Of a stretch of DNA of 64,000 nucleotides, positions 33,826 through 42,824 are shown in pieces; position 1 is the stretch's first letter, and each line of letters opens with the position of its first letter. A program made the position numbers and the translations under genes. The DNA is from an uncultured Fimbriimonadales bacterium. Lineage in GTDB: Bacteria > Armatimonadota > Fimbriimonadia > Fimbriimonadales > ATM1. The notes under the pieces were generated by a model that saw only the letters and a program-made list of their open reading frames with translations, was not told where the DNA came from and made no database searches. The stretch lies in assembly GCA_964631245.1 (NCBI GenBank), contig CAZVXY010000005.1, positions 105,497 to 169,496 of the forward strand, read 5' to 3'.

Positions 33826-35165
33826 TTTATCCTCACTTTTAAGACTTTATTTGTATCATTCCCAAATACATCCACGACCTTGACCATTATTTGGTATTCT
33901 CCGGGTTCATCGTATTGATGTCTTGCTTCGTAATCAACCCTTGGATTCTTCTTTGTGCGGAAGCTCTGCCATTGATTGTGGAAGGTGTCACCTTCATAAT
34001 CCCAGTCTACCGCCCAGTAATCAATAAGTTCTCTTGAGTCTTTCACTTTACTTGCAATCTCGGCAAGCTCGGCAGTTGGTGGCACCTGAAAGTCGGTAAT
34101 CTTCAGAATAACCCTATTGTCCCTTACTTCTGTTTCTATCTCAAGGTATGTGACCTCGACAAACTTTATGTGTGGCAATAGTTCTTTTTCAACTACCTCA
34201 TCTGGAACTTTTAATAACTGTAAATCAAATCCAACAAGTGATGATTTTATCTCATTCACGGATGGTATCTGAACAAGTCTTAAATCAACACCGTTCCTTT
34301 TCGCCAGTGCTTTGGCAAGTTCGTTTACTTCATAACTCCACTCCCAGCCAAGAATATCTGCTTTATTGAAGTTGTTATCTCTGCATTCAACAACTACCTT
34401 TCCGACCTCTTCCATCGTAACAGGTGCATTCAGAGGTCCTATATGAACTGCTCTGTTGCCTTTTCTGCCATGAATATATCTAAAACCAGTTAAAGGCTGT
34501 GCCTGATACAGTTTGAGCATAAAGGCAAGATACTCATCCTGTCTTTCCTTCCAGTAAACGGTTTCATAGTTGCCTATGTTCCATAGTTCAAAAGGTCTTG
34601 CAGGCTTGCTATATTTCTTGCCGTCATTCTCTAAATCCTTTGAATTGTGAATGTCCAATAATCTTTTTCTTGTAACCTGAATCGCAAACTTTGATAAATC
34701 ACAGCCAATCCACCGCCTGCCAAGTTTCTCTGCTACTGCCAAGGTTGTTCCACTACCACAAAAGAAATCAGCAACGATGTCGCCGGGGTTGGAAGAGGCA
34801 AGGATGATGAGTTTTAAGAGATCTTCGGGTTTTTGGGTATCAAAGGCTACATCTTCTATTGTGGTTCCCTTTACCGAGGGAATACGCCAAACATCTTCGG
34901 GAACTTTTCCAATCTCAGCTGATTTTCCTCCCACATAAGAACGCCCTCCTAAAACTCGAGGACTTTTGTATCTCTCTTTGCTCTCAGGAAGAATTTCTTC
35001 TCTTACATCATCGGCATTAAAAACATAAGAACTGGTTTTGTTATACCATAGAATTACATCATGCTTTGAATTAAAATACTTTTCAGTTCTTCCTGGAGTA
35101 TCTGGGTAGAACCACACAATCTCATTCCTAAAATTCTCATACCCAAAAATCTCATCCATCATCAC
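33822..35165 (-). pseudogene. mod: Type III-like N6/N4 DNA methyltransferase (Mod), C-terminal fragment
   Basis: 447-aa frame starting VMMDEIFGYENF. AdoMet-binding motif GDIVADFFCGSGTTLAVAEKLGRRWIGCD. Long C-terminal extension ending in a PKD-like module. The frame differs from that of the N-terminal fragment. Confidence 0.8.
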
Positions 35166-35179
35166 TTTTACATAATGCC

Positions 35180-35800
35180 CTAATGCCAGTCAAGATGCAC
35201 ATAGATAGAGCCGTTTTCAGCAAGAAGTTTTCTCATCAAGACAAGTCGCTCATACATATACTTGAGATAAGAGGCAATTCCGCCGCTCCAGATGTCTTTG
35301 TAAGCACGCTCTTCTATGATTGATGGCTCTTTTTCTATCTCTTCAGTTCCAATTTTTGTCCTCACTGTAAAATCTGCACCTGTGGAAAACGGTGGGTCAA
35401 TGTAGATGAGATTTATCTTTCCAGCCCAGCCCTGATTTATCAGCGAAGACATCACCAGTTTGTTATCGCCCCAGATAAGAAAATTCTTCCAGTCCTTCGG
35501 ATAATTGGGAGGGTATTGGCTCTCGGGGTAAAAAACGTTCACGCTGCCTGCGCTCTCAAGGTGTTTTAACTCGGTGAGCCTTGGCTTGTTAATGGTTTCA
35601 ATTACCTGGAATGAGAGATTAGGTCTATCAACGTGCCTCCTGTCCTCCAGTTGCACCTCGTCATATTTTTGATGCCATATAAGTTCCACATACTTTTCAT
35701 TCTCTGTCTTTCCCCGGGGACCCTGGGATTTTTCCGAAGGAGCTTTTCCCTGCTTCTTTTCCCCTTTCAATTTTTTTCTCAAGGTTTCATCTCCTTCCAA
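35180..35800 (-). pseudogene. mod: Type III-like N6/N4 DNA methyltransferase (Mod), N-terminal fragment
   Basis: 206 aa. NFLIWGDNKLVMSSL...INLIYIDPPFSTGADF (motif IV, DPPF). Ends ...SIYVHLDWH followed by TAG. Start is TTG at 35800, or TTG at 35782 after an AAGGAG. Confidence 0.8.
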
Positions 35801-35933
35801 GCCTGCCTTGATGTTGTGGAAGTGTCATCCCGGAGCAAAAAATACCGCAAAAAGGAGAAAAAATCAAGCCACTCCCTTTTTCCCCTTTCTCGGGAGGATA
35901 GTTTCCATTGTGGCAAGCCAGTGACCCCCTTCC

Positions 35934-36665
35934 TCATTCCGACTCGTCGTCGAGGTAGTACAGGTATCGTCCGCAGTTCTCGCAGGTTTCCAGGGCTTGT
36001 CCTGCTTTGATGCGCTCTAACTGGAGTTTGGGGACTTTCGTGAAGCAGGCAGAGCATTCTCCTCTGGCAACTTTCGCCAGTCCGATGCCCCCGTGTTTTT
36101 CGCGCATATGGTCGTAGCGTTTCATAAGGTCCGGGTCGCAGGCTCGGGTGGCTTCTTCACGGAGTTTCAGGAGTTCTGCCCTTCGGGCTTCATATTCTGC
36201 CTTGAGTTGGGCATATTTTTCCCTATATTCTGCTAACTTTTGTTCCGCTTCTTTTAGTTCCTGGGCTCGGCGTTCCAGTTCCGCTTTGGCAGGCTCCTGT
36301 TCTTCCCACAGGATCAGAATCCGCTCATCCACTTGGGAGAGGCGATTTTTGAGCATCTGGAGCTCCCGCTCTATGGCTTCCGCTTCCTTGGCGTTGTAGA
36401 TCCCCCCTTGGTAGAGCCTCTTCTTTTCCTTCTCTCGTTTTTGCTCAATTTGCTTGGATTCCAGTTCCAGGTCTGCCAGTTCGCTTCGGATTTTCTTGAC
36501 CCGCGCCTCTGCTTCCTCGTAGGCGGTTTTGGCGGACTCATAGCGAGCCTGGGCTATGCCCCCGGGGTCAATGCTTTGGAACCGGCGGTCTAACTCGGCG
36601 AGTAGCCTGTCGTATTCTTGAACTTGCCCGATTTTTTTGAGGGCTTCGTTCAGCATCGGTTCCAT
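35934..36665 (-). CDS. coiled-coil zinc-ribbon protein (COG1579-like)
   Basis: 243 aa. Long heptad-rich coiled coil followed by CSACF...CENCGRYLY. GGAAGAGG SD. Confidence 0.75.
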   Translation of the reverse strand: MEPMLNEALKKIGQVQEYDRLLAELDRRFQSIDPGGIAQARYESAKTAYEEAEARVKKIRSELADLELESKQIEQKREKEKKRLYQGGIYNAKEAEAIERELQMLKNRLSQVDERILILWEEQEPAKAELERRAQELKEAEQKLAEYREKYAQLKAEYEARRAELLKLREEATRACDPDLMKRYDHMREKHGGIGLAKVARGECSACFTKVPKLQLERIKAGQALETCENCGRYLYYLDDESE

Positions 36666-36832
36666 TATATCCTCTTCCGCTGGGTGGGGGGTAGGGGGTG
36701 TACCCTGGGGGGTCTGCGGAGCGTCTTATTTTATAGAGAGTTGGTGTAAACTGACTATAAGCGGTGGAGACACTCTGCTCTTTCTCCCGAGAGGGAGAAG
36801 GGGGGTGTGCCTTTCGGTTAGGAGTTGGCATT

Positions 36833-37246
36833 GTGAGTGATGAAGGCAGATTGAAGGAAGCGGTGTGTGCTTTAGTGTCGGCCGGCAAGCCCGCCGAGGC
36901 TATAAGTATGTTACAGTCGCTTGTGATGGAGGACCCACGGAATGCAGAAGCCCACGAACTTTTGGGGTGCGTGTATTACCGTTTGGGGAGGTTGAAGGAG
37001 GCGGTCTCCGCCTTTCGCCGGGCGGTTTTCCTCAATCCGGATAATCCCACCTATCTTTACAACCTGGCGTCTGCCCTTTATGCGTTAGGGGAGAAGTTTG
37101 AAGCGGTGCGGATAGCCAGCGAATGCCTCAAGCGTCAGCCAGGGCATCAGGAGGCAACTCGGATGGTGGAGCGCCTTCGGTCGGAGGGGTATAGGGTAGT
37201 GTTGCCTCCGTTGGGGGGCTTTTCCTCTCGCGAGGGGGCTTCTTAG
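36833..37246 (+). CDS. TPR repeat protein
   Basis: TPR-like repeats (AEAHELLGCVYYRLGRLKEAVSAFRRAVFLNPDNP...). The GTG at 36833 follows TAGGAG. The track ORF begins at GTG 36764, so the start is uncertain. Confidence 0.6.
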   Translation: MSDEGRLKEAVCALVSAGKPAEAISMLQSLVMEDPRNAEAHELLGCVYYRLGRLKEAVSAFRRAVFLNPDNPTYLYNLASALYALGEKFEAVRIASECLKRQPGHQEATRMVERLRSEGYRVVLPPLGGFSSREGAS

Positions 37247-37497
37247 GCGGAAGAATCTTTTCCCGAAAGGTTCATCGCCGAGCAGTAGCAGGATCGTCCC
37301 ATCTGGCAGGTTTTCAGTTCCGCAAGTTCTTCATCGGGACCAAAGGGGGATAAAGTGCGTCCACACCAGTAGTCCTGTGGAGTAAGGGTTTCTTCCTCGG
37401 GTTCTTCTGTTGGGGGAATGTAGAAGTCCTTTTTGCAACGGAGGTAGGCGCAGGCAGTCATCCTCAGGCGCTTTGGGGAAGGGGTGCTCGGCTCCAT
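37243..37497 (-). CDS. small Cys-rich hypothetical protein, last gene of the oxidoreductase operon
   Basis: 84 aa with 6 Cys (CAYLRC...YWCGRT...CQMGRSCYC). Lies 4 nt downstream of the FAD-subunit gene on the same strand. Confidence 0.5.
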   Translation of the reverse strand: MEPSTPSPKRLRMTACAYLRCKKDFYIPPTEEPEEETLTPQDYWCGRTLSPFGPDEELAELKTCQMGRSCYCSAMNLSGKDSSA

Positions 37498-37501
37498 CTC
37501 T

Positions 37502-38458
37502 TCACTCCACCGCCTTCATAATAGCCCACCGCACGGCGTTTATAGCGAGTTTCACTTTGTAAGCATTTTGTGTCATCGGGGTCGCCTTTTGCAAGGCGAT
37601 GCGCCCTGCTTCTTCCGCTATTGCGTCGTTGACCTTCTTGCCCTTGAGGGCGTTTTCTGCCTCGGGACTGCGCCAGGGTATAGGGGCAACCCCGCTGAGC
37701 ACCACGCGGGCGTCCGCCACGTTTCCGTCCCGGGAAAGGCGGAGTGCTACCGCACAGCCTACCAGCGCCCAGTCAAACGACGGTCGCTCCCGAATCTTCA
37801 CATACGCGGAGCGCCACCCCAGGGATTCGCGTGGGACTTCAATTTGCGTCACAATTTCGTCTTTTTCCAAAACATTTTCTGCCCTCACGTTGTCCTTCGG
37901 GAGCACAAAGAACTGCTCTAAACTCATTTTCCGCTTGTTGGTCTCCACGGTGGCATTCAGGGCGATGAGTGCGGGCGCCACATCGCTGGGGTGGACGATG
38001 TGGCAGGGTCCTCCTCCCAGGATAGCGTGATACTCGTTATTTCCTGCTACCGCGAAGCAGGCAATCCCACCCTTTTTCAAACAGTGGATTTCCTCATTTC
38101 GGAAGTACCAGCACCGGGGTCTCTGGCACAGGTTGCCTCCCAGTGTGCCCACGTTGCGAATTTGGGGGGAGCCCACGCTCAAGGCGGATTCCGCGAGGGC
38201 AGGATAATTTTTCCGTATTTCCTCGTTTTCCGCTATTTCTCGCAACGTCACCAGGGCTCCGAGTCGCAGGGGAGGGCCTAACTGTATTGCCTTTAGGTTT
38301 TTGAGAGACTTCAAGTTCACCACCGTGGGCGGTTCTATCAATCGCTCCTTTAGCAAAGTGAGCAAATCTATGCCTCCCGCGAGGAGAACTCCTCCCTGGC
38401 GGAGGGCGCTCACCACCTCTTCCAGATTTTTTGGCTCAACCCAGGTAAAGGCGTTCAT
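37502..38458 (-). CDS. xanthine dehydrogenase family FAD-binding subunit (CoxM/PaoB-like)
   Basis: 318 aa. LLAGGIDLLTLLKE and GTLGGNLCQRPRCWYFR motifs. Overlaps the Moco subunit gene by 4 nt. Confidence 0.88.
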   Translation of the reverse strand: MNAFTWVEPKNLEEVVSALRQGGVLLAGGIDLLTLLKERLIEPPTVVNLKSLKNLKAIQLGPPLRLGALVTLREIAENEEIRKNYPALAESALSVGSPQIRNVGTLGGNLCQRPRCWYFRNEEIHCLKKGGIACFAVAGNNEYHAILGGGPCHIVHPSDVAPALIALNATVETNKRKMSLEQFFVLPKDNVRAENVLEKDEIVTQIEVPRESLGWRSAYVKIRERPSFDWALVGCAVALRLSRDGNVADARVVLSGVAPIPWRSPEAENALKGKKVNDAIAEEAGRIALQKATPMTQNAYKVKLAINAVRWAIMKAVE

Positions 38459-40551
38459 CTTTGTGCCTCCATAGCCTCCAGAAACCTTCGCGGAGTGATG
38501 GGAAGGGTGCGAACGCGCACGCCCGTGGCGTTGAACACGGCGTTCCCGAGGGCAGCCGCGGTGGGTATCACGGGAGGCTCTCCGATGCCCGTCACCCGGT
38601 TATGGGTGTCAAAGAGGATAGGCTCAATCTCCGGCACTTCCAGGGAACCCACCACCTTATATCCCTCCATATCTGCATTCAGCATTTTGCCTGTCGGCTC
38701 ATCCATTTTGCGCTCTTCCAGAAGAGCCATACTCAATCCCTGGATCACCCCTCCGATCACCTGGCTCTCTGCCAGAAGACGGTTTAGGGCATATCCACAA
38801 TCCTGTACCGCCACCACCTTGATGGGACGGACGACGCCTGTCCACAGGTCGACCTCTACCTCTACAAACTGAGCCCCTGCCACCCCGCTTTGCTGGAGTG
38901 AGGCATTGAACTCTCCCGACACCTGGACGCCCCCCACAGGGAGGCGAGCGCAAACCTCTTCAAATTTCACCGATTGGGCGGGATTATTTCGCACCCGGAC
39001 CGTTCCCTCTGCACATTCTAAATCTCCGGGAGAAACCCCCAACATTGCTCCCGCCACTTCAAAAAGTCTCGCCCGCGCCGAGAGGACCGCCATCTTCACG
39101 GCTGGCGCGACGGAAGCCGCAGTGGTGGAGCCACCCGAGGCTCCTGCTTGCCCCAGGGTAGAGCGTCCGATTTCCGCGTTCACACGGGAGAGGGGAAGGC
39201 CCAGATCCTCTGCCACAATGCCCGCAACAATCGTGCGAGTTCCGGTACCCAGGTCCTGAGTGCCGATGCCCACCCAAACACTTCCCTCGTTGCCGATGCG
39301 AATTTCCGCCACGGAGCCTCTATTTCCTCCGCCTCCCCAGGTGGTGCAGGCACATCCGATTCCCCGTCTATATCGCCCGCTCCCCTCTCCGGGAGTTTTG
39401 TTTCTCCTCTCCCAGCCAATGCGTTCCGCCCCTAACTGCAGTTGGCGGGAGCGCACCTCGCTGTCCTGGTTGATCTGGCGCACCCTTACGGGGTCCAGCC
39501 CCAATTTGGCACAGAGTTCATCCAGCACGGTCTCCATAAGGAAGTTTGCCTGGGGATGCCCGGGAGCTCTAAGGGCGCGAGAGGGACACGCATTGATGTT
39601 CACCCCATAAAATCGCAGGCGGTAGTTGGGCACACGATAGATATAGGGGAAGGGAATGGACCAGTTGGTAGTGGGTCCCGAAGTGCCCCAGAGGTCAGCA
39701 GTCATTGCCAGGAGGCGTCCGTCTTCCGTCATCCCCGCTTTGCATCGCATCAGGGCATCGGGACCATTGCCGGTGGCTAATTGTTCTTCGTGGCGCTCTA
39801 ACATAAGTTTCACTGGGCGTCCTGTCATCTTGGCTAACCTTCCCGCGATGAGCGCTTCAACTCCTCCACTGAATTTGCTCCCGAAGCCCCCTCCCATATA
39901 TTCACAGATGACGGTAACGTTTTGGCGCGGGATGCCAAAAGCGCCTGCTATTTCCCCTGCGACCCCATGAACCGCTTGGGTGCTCACCCAAACGGTGCAA
40001 CGATTATCGGTATCCCATCGGAAGACCACCCCGTGCGTTTCTAAGCAGAGGTGCTCTCGCACAGGCACGTAGTACTCACCTTCCACAATCCCTGCACAGC
40101 GGTCCCAAAAATTATCCGGGTCTTCTCCCCGGGAAAGCACCCGTGCTTCCCCCACTCGCTCGGATTCCTTTATTCCTGCTCGCAGGTTCACCGCATGGGG
40201 CATCGGCTCATAACTCACCCGAATCTTTCGTAGAGCGTCTCGCGCAATTTCCTCGGTCTCGCCTGCTACTGCAGCGACCTCTTGCCCCGCAAACTGGATC
40301 CTTCGGGATAAATCGGTAATCACGGCGACCACCCCGCGCATTTTTTCAGCCTCCGAGGCGTCTATTGCCACCACGCGGGCATTGGCATAGGGGGAGCGGA
40401 GAACCTTCGCATATAACATCCCTGGCAGAACAATGTCATAAGTGTATTTTGCTGTCCCCGTGACTTTGGCAGGACCATCCACACGAGGAAACCGTTTGTT
40501 CAGGTAGCGGGTCGTTTTGGGGTCATTCCAGCGAGCCGTGTCCTGGTTCAT
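38455..40551 (-). CDS. xanthine dehydrogenase family molybdopterin-binding subunit (CoxL/PaoC-like)
   Basis: 698 aa. N-terminal RVDGPAKVTGTAKYTYD, plus MGGGFGSK and GIGEPPVIP motifs. Confidence 0.9.
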   Translation of the reverse strand: MNQDTARWNDPKTTRYLNKRFPRVDGPAKVTGTAKYTYDIVLPGMLYAKVLRSPYANARVVAIDASEAEKMRGVVAVITDLSRRIQFAGQEVAAVAGETEEIARDALRKIRVSYEPMPHAVNLRAGIKESERVGEARVLSRGEDPDNFWDRCAGIVEGEYYVPVREHLCLETHGVVFRWDTDNRCTVWVSTQAVHGVAGEIAGAFGIPRQNVTVICEYMGGGFGSKFSGGVEALIAGRLAKMTGRPVKLMLERHEEQLATGNGPDALMRCKAGMTEDGRLLAMTADLWGTSGPTTNWSIPFPYIYRVPNYRLRFYGVNINACPSRALRAPGHPQANFLMETVLDELCAKLGLDPVRVRQINQDSEVRSRQLQLGAERIGWERRNKTPGEGSGRYRRGIGCACTTWGGGGNRGSVAEIRIGNEGSVWVGIGTQDLGTGTRTIVAGIVAEDLGLPLSRVNAEIGRSTLGQAGASGGSTTAASVAPAVKMAVLSARARLFEVAGAMLGVSPGDLECAEGTVRVRNNPAQSVKFEEVCARLPVGGVQVSGEFNASLQQSGVAGAQFVEVEVDLWTGVVRPIKVVAVQDCGYALNRLLAESQVIGGVIQGLSMALLEERKMDEPTGKMLNADMEGYKVVGSLEVPEIEPILFDTHNRVTGIGEPPVIPTAAALGNAVFNATGVRVRTLPITPRRFLEAMEAQR

Positions 40552-41183
40552 CTCTGAGACCTCTTGAGTTCCTGCGCCGCTTCATACGCCGCTTCAAACA
40601 CTCGGTTGAAGGTTCCACAACGGCATATATTCCCACGGAGCGCTTCGCGGATGTCTTCTTTGGTAGCCGTTGGGTTTTTGGTCACAAGGGCATGAACCGC
40701 AACCACGAAACCCGGCGTACAGAACCCACACATCAAAGCGTCTTTCTCCACAAACTTCTGTTGGACGAGGGACATCTTTTCGGGAGTCCCCAATCCTTCC
40801 ACCGTCGTGATTTCGCTCCCCTGGGCATCCACCGCCAGCATCAGGCAGGCATAAACAGGCAACCCATCCTTCAAAACGGTACAGCATCCACAGTTGCCCC
40901 TATCGCAAACCCGTTTGGGACCGGTGAGTTGAAGCCTTTCCCGCAAGGCATCCAGGAGCGTTACCCTGGGTTCCACCTGCAGTTGATAGGTCTTTCCATT
41001 CACTTTCAAGGTGATGGGCAAAGTGCCTTCGCTCGTGGGGGCTTGCTCCTTCGTTTCGGTGGCATTGGTGGTGCAATGCAGGAGGGAAGTCCCCGCACTG
41101 GTAGCCACTACCGCGGCACTCGCACTTTTTAAGAACTCCCGTCGGGAGATTTCCTTCCCTTTTCTTGATTTTCTTTCGGGCAT
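40548..41183 (-). CDS. (2Fe-2S)-binding subunit with a twin-arginine signal (PaoA-like)
   Basis: 211 aa. SRREFLK Tat motif. CDRGNCGCCTV and CGFCTPG cluster motifs. Confidence 0.9.
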   Translation of the reverse strand: MPERKSRKGKEISRREFLKSASAAVVATSAGTSLLHCTTNATETKEQAPTSEGTLPITLKVNGKTYQLQVEPRVTLLDALRERLQLTGPKRVCDRGNCGCCTVLKDGLPVYACLMLAVDAQGSEITTVEGLGTPEKMSLVQQKFVEKDALMCGFCTPGFVVAVHALVTKNPTATKEDIREALRGNICRCGTFNRVFEAAYEAAQELKRSQR

Positions 41184-41300
41184 ATTGTTCGGAGATTACC
41201 TGATAAGATATTTCGGTACGCGACAGGCATTATCCTGCTTCATGTTTGTCCCGGAAGGAGTGGGTGAGGGGGAATCAGAAGCCTGGGGGTTATCGGTGCC

Positions 41301-41714
41301 CTATATTTCCGGGGGCTTCCGGAAGCGAAACTTTGGCACGGGGATAATGCTCCCGTCGGTGGGTACAGGGGCGTTGGGGGAGTGGGCGATGGCAGACAGG
41401 CGCCTCTCTACCTCTTTAATATAATTTTCTAACTCCCGCTCCATTCCTGCACGGTATTCTTCTATCTGGTCCAACAGCCGAAGGATGACTTCCACCCCTG
41501 CCAGGTTCACCCCGAGTTCTTGAGTTAAGCGTTGTATTCTCCGCACCCGGTCAATATCAGCCTCGCTGTAAAGCCGATTTTTTCGCTTTTCTCTCCTGGG
41601 GGAGATAAGCCCCTGCCTCTCATAGGCTCGCAAAGTTTGGGGATGGACTCCGCATAACTTCGCTGCGACTCCTATGCGATAGACTGGCTCGTGATAATCT
41701 TGAGGGCGCCTCAT
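41301..41714 (-). CDS. hspR: MerR-family heat-shock repressor HspR
   Basis: 137 aa. [31 protein letters not shown]. Terminal gene of the dnaK operon, overlapping dnaJ by 4 nt. Confidence 0.85.
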   Translation of the reverse strand: MRRPQDYHEPVYRIGVAAKLCGVHPQTLRAYERQGLISPRREKRKNRLYSEADIDRVRRIQRLTQELGVNLAGVEVILRLLDQIEEYRAGMERELENYIKEVERRLSAIAHSPNAPVPTDGSIIPVPKFRFRKPPEI

Positions 41715-42775
41715 AAGCCTTTCCGGGTTTTAACAATTTGCTCTAACAATCTTTTTTCTTCGGGGGAGAGCGTTTTGGGAACGGTTATCTTTATTTTGAC
41801 TAAGAGGTTCCCTCGCCCTCCTTCTCTTTTGGGCAACCCTTGGTTTGCCAAGCGGAAGGTTTGCCCTGCTTGAGTTCCTGCGGGCACTTTCATTTCCACA
41901 CTGCCTCGGAGAGTGGGCACCTGAGTGGTCCCCCCCAGCGCGGCCACGGTGTAGTCCACCTCATGCTCTAACACGAGGTCGTCTCCCTGGCGCTTGAATC
42001 GTGGGTGGGGCTTTTCGCGGATGACGACGTAGAGGTCTCCCCGTCGCCCCCCCGCCCCGCGAGAGCCTCCCCCAGGTACTCGGAGGCGTGCTCCTTCGGC
42101 GACCCCAGGGGGGATCCTCACTTCTATTTTGCGAGTCCCGAGTTGGCTACCTGTGCCATTGCAAAGGGAGCATGTTTCCAGGTTAGTCGTCCCCGTTCCC
42201 ACGCAGAAACTGCATTTTTGGCTGAGCCCCAGGAGGCTCCGGATGCGCCCTGAGCCCCCACAGCGGGGGCACGTTCGGGCCCGGGTGCCACGGCTATACC
42301 CTGTTCCGTCGCATTTATCGCAGGCGTCTTCCACGCGATAGACGAAAGTGCGGGAGGTTCCCGAATCAATCTCTTCCAGGGTGAGTGCCACCTCTTGCTC
42401 CACGTCTCGGGGAATGGCGTGTTTTTCAGTGGTCTGCCCCCTTTCTCCGAGAATGGTCTCAAAGAGGTTTTCAAAGCCGGGGGGAGCTCCGAAATCAAAC
42501 CAGAACCCTTCTGCCCCACTCTGGAATCCTTCGCCCATCCTTTCGGCGGCTTCCCACTGCGAGCCATACATATCATAGAGCCGACGCTTCTTTTCGTCGG
42601 AGAGAACCTCGTAAGCCTCGGAGATTTCTTTGAACTTTTCCGCTGCTGACCCGTTGTTGGGGTTGACATCGGGGTGATATTTGCGTGCAAGGCGTCGGTA
42701 CGCCGCCTTAATTTCTTTTTGGTCGGCGTTTCGGCTCACTCCAAGAATTTTATAGTAATCTTTTCCGCTCCGCAC
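41711..42775 (-). CDS. dnaJ: molecular chaperone DnaJ
   Basis: 354 aa. J domain with HPD (KYHPDVNP). Four CxxCxGxG repeats ([32 protein letters not shown]). Confidence 0.95.
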   Translation of the reverse strand: MRSGKDYYKILGVSRNADQKEIKAAYRRLARKYHPDVNPNNGSAAEKFKEISEAYEVLSDEKKRRLYDMYGSQWEAAERMGEGFQSGAEGFWFDFGAPPGFENLFETILGERGQTTEKHAIPRDVEQEVALTLEEIDSGTSRTFVYRVEDACDKCDGTGYSRGTRARTCPRCGGSGRIRSLLGLSQKCSFCVGTGTTNLETCSLCNGTGSQLGTRKIEVRIPPGVAEGARLRVPGGGSRGAGGRRGDLYVVIREKPHPRFKRQGDDLVLEHEVDYTVAALGGTTQVPTLRGSVEMKVPAGTQAGQTFRLANQGLPKREGGRGNLLVKIKITVPKTLSPEEKRLLEQIVKTRKGL

Positions 42776-42824
42776 GGTTAGATTTATGGGGTGCCCGCAT
42801 TGGGATTGCAGGCACCCCGCTCCA

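Larger units (their letters stand above)
31276..35800. other. low-GC genomic island carrying a Type III-like restriction-modification module
   Basis: Hand-counted 60-nt lines inside give about 27-43% G+C, against about 52-62% in the flanking genes. Contents are mod (broken) plus res only. Confidence 0.8.

Noticed and set aside
35771-35777. A7 homopolymer (T7 on the plus strand) near the 5' end of mod as a phase-variation tract
   Set aside because: The tract is short and currently in frame. The actual frame break is about 590 nt downstream at 35173-35187, so there is no evidence that this tract switches.
31266-35877. GCCACTC on both island flanks (about 31270 and about 35868) as a target-site duplication
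   Set aside because: The match is only 7 nt and is not positioned symmetrically at the composition boundaries. A match of this length is expected by chance in two roughly 150-nt flanks.
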